Origin: Tubiluchus corallicola
Taxonomy: Eukaryota; Animalia; Priapulida
Length of the DNA: 64,000 bases
Assembly (NCBI GenBank): GCA_030141605.1
Contig: JAQGDQ010000081.1
Coordinates: 1-64,000 of the forward strand
Reading direction: 5' to 3'
In this document: piece by piece, positions 61,814 to 64,000 of the stretch
Numbering within the stretch: the stretch's first letter is position 1
How the letters are laid out: each line of letters opens with the position of its first letter
Position numbers and translations under genes: made by a program
The notes under the pieces: generated by a model
Told to the model about the DNA's origin: nothing
What the model saw: the letters and a program-made list of their open reading frames with translations, nothing else
Database searches by the model: none

Positions 61814-64000
61814 CTGAAAAAGTGATTATTTTAAAATAAATAACCAAATGTTGCAATAAGTAAGGTTTATTCATTCTCAAATGAATATGATTTGCATGCT
61901 TACAATGTTACTGAAAATATGCTTAATAGTCAGAAATTTAATCAATGGTTCAAAATTAGCGAAAGAGCTACAAAGATCTTGGAATCTAAAGAGATGCTCA
62001 GTTATTTACAATAACACCCTTCGTCCTATTTGTCCGGTGATGGCAGCTGATAAAGGTAGCAGTTTAGCCTTTTATAAAAAGCTACAAAACATTCCTACGA
62101 TTCTCACGAAGCACCATCAAATTATGTTCTACAGACAAGCCCGAAGTCAAGAATTTGGATAGGTCGGTTTCGAGCCACATCATTCCGGATACCGTGAGTC
62201 CAACGAAATCCAGACAGTCGCGTACACTATAGACTCTCCAACAACTGTGTACGGGCGGGGGGGGGGGGTAGGTATTTCCTGGGGCTGAAATAATTTGCCA
62301 TGAAATTTTTCTAAGTTGCCTAATGCTGATTTAAGTGATTTCAAAATAAATGCAGCAATGGTCCACATAGTTATGTAAGACATAGATTAACAAAAATGCC
62401 TAACAAACAAAATATTTGTATTTATATATTGTACATAATGTATATAATGTATATGTACATAATATTATTTAGTTTTACAACAAAATACATAATTCGAGCA
62501 ACAGACTATTTGATGGTTGATAATTTTAGTGAGCAAACACGCAAATAGTTCCAGATATACTTTTTCAAATGTTGCAGACATTTAAAAAAATCAAAGCAAT
62601 CCAAAATCAGTGACGGTCTATTTTTCTTCTGCAATCATGTTTGTAACGCTGCTGTATATTGCTGAAGAGTGTAAAAGCACCCATGTGGTTTCAAGAACAT
62701 GGCGAACTAAGATTGATATCAGGTATTATTACTAACTCGAATTTGTCGTAGTAAAAATGATTTAACGGCTTAAATACAATAAAAATGTGGTTCATCACGT
62801 AAGCTAGTTTAGGGATATCAAAGTTTAAAATTTTAAAACATAATTATTATTTGCGTTGGAAATAATTCACCCTTTGTTGTGAAAACGTGCACAATACGCT
62901 TGCCTTAAGACGGCATATCTCCAACCCCAACTCCTCCAGACCAGAAAACCACCACGCCCCACCCCCAACCCCATCCCCCGCCTCGTGCGCCTATATGTTC
63001 TTGGGTGGGGGTGAGTGAATTTTACATTTTCAGGGCAAATATCTGTATGGGAAAATTTTCAAATTTAGCATTGGGTATTCAAAATACTTAAAAGTACAAG
63101 AATAAAATTTGTAAACTCGTGAGCTTTAAAGAATGCAAAAGTAAACTTGAAACTTCATTATTTTAAAAGTTTCTGCTAATTCCTGCTTGAAAATTGAAAA
63201 TATTCGTAAAATTCGGTTTTTAACCCTTTATTTAAACATTAAATTTACACATGTTTGTGTTAACGACAACATTTAACAATGCTGTTGTATCATTTTGAAT
63301 AGGAATTTTGATCAGAAAGAGATGTAAATTGCGTTACTGTATTAAACGCCGGTCATTACCCTCGGATTAAATTTTATTTAAAAAATACTTCTATATTGAC
63401 AATGCACTTGGGGGTTGCGAATGGGCCTCAAAAGTTGAGTGCCTCTCTTCTGCTAGATCTGGCTCTGAGTGAGTAGTCCTATAAATATTTTGTTTTTAGA
63501 CACTTTTGTCAGTTTATATCGCATAAGTGTATGTGTACCCAGCTGTTTGCACTTATTTGGAAATGATATGGGTTATGGCAAGTTAGAAAATTTTCTGGGC
63601 AAATTTCTTAAACCTCAGTTTCCCAGTCGTAAATCTCTTCCTATAACTTTGTTTATATTATTGTGTGGACTTCCGATAGTAATGGGTCAGCAGGTAGCTT
63701 GCTGTTTGGGGTGTAGGTCCCTGATGCTGGGGCCTTGCACGCTATTGAATGCTTAACATTGTTCAGGCGTTTTTATTTCTTTTTGTATTTTTTACGTTAT
63801 CCTTCTTGTACTATATTCAATGTGTGCCTAAGTAAATAATATATTATATAACATGTAATTTTCCTTTTTGTTTTAGTGGCAAAAGATTTAAATAAGAGAA
63901 GAAAAGTTTAAATAATTTATGAACAAAAATCCAATGGAAAGGGGATAAACCGCATGGGGTGGGAGGTCTAACTTAAGAATATTAAAGAATATTACCGTTT

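Noticed and set aside
62180-62383. ORF as the missing trypsin pro/IVGG exon
   Set aside because: No IVGG...PWQ motif or suitable phase-0 donor; includes a poly-G/C tract typical of repeats

Overview
AT-rich, intron-rich invertebrate animal genomic DNA; not prokaryotic, and no CRISPR array or operon is present. Three protein-coding genes can be reconstructed by hand. (1) A complete ASPM/abnormal-spindle orthologue on + (25 coding exons, 4227-30803, ~3573 aa: ASH domain, long disordered region, CH domains, ~69 IQ motifs mostly in one 4347-nt exon, C-terminal HEAT/ARM-like region) with a candidate CCAAT/CHR cell-cycle promoter near 2.9 kb. (2) A convergent single-coding-exon WH1/EVH1-like + CRIB-like protein on - (35581-36615, resembling the MESR3 family). 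(3) A trypsin-like serine protease on - (6 exons, 54943-61813; the 5' end was not found and probably lies beyond the window). The rest is transposon debris: CR1/L2 and RTE LINE fragments, two intact hAT MITEs with 8-bp TSDs, a probable complete non-autonomous Helitron carrying a (CACCA)-like satellite, foldback elements, tRNA-like SINE heads and a 5S-derived fragment. I did not find evidence for a wholly new multi-gene system. The best leads are the WH1-CRIB adaptor, the vertebrate-scale IQ array, the ASPM promoter island boxed by LINEs, the Helitron, and the Cys-rich trypsin. All identifications come from reading the sequence and recalled family motifs; no database search was run.
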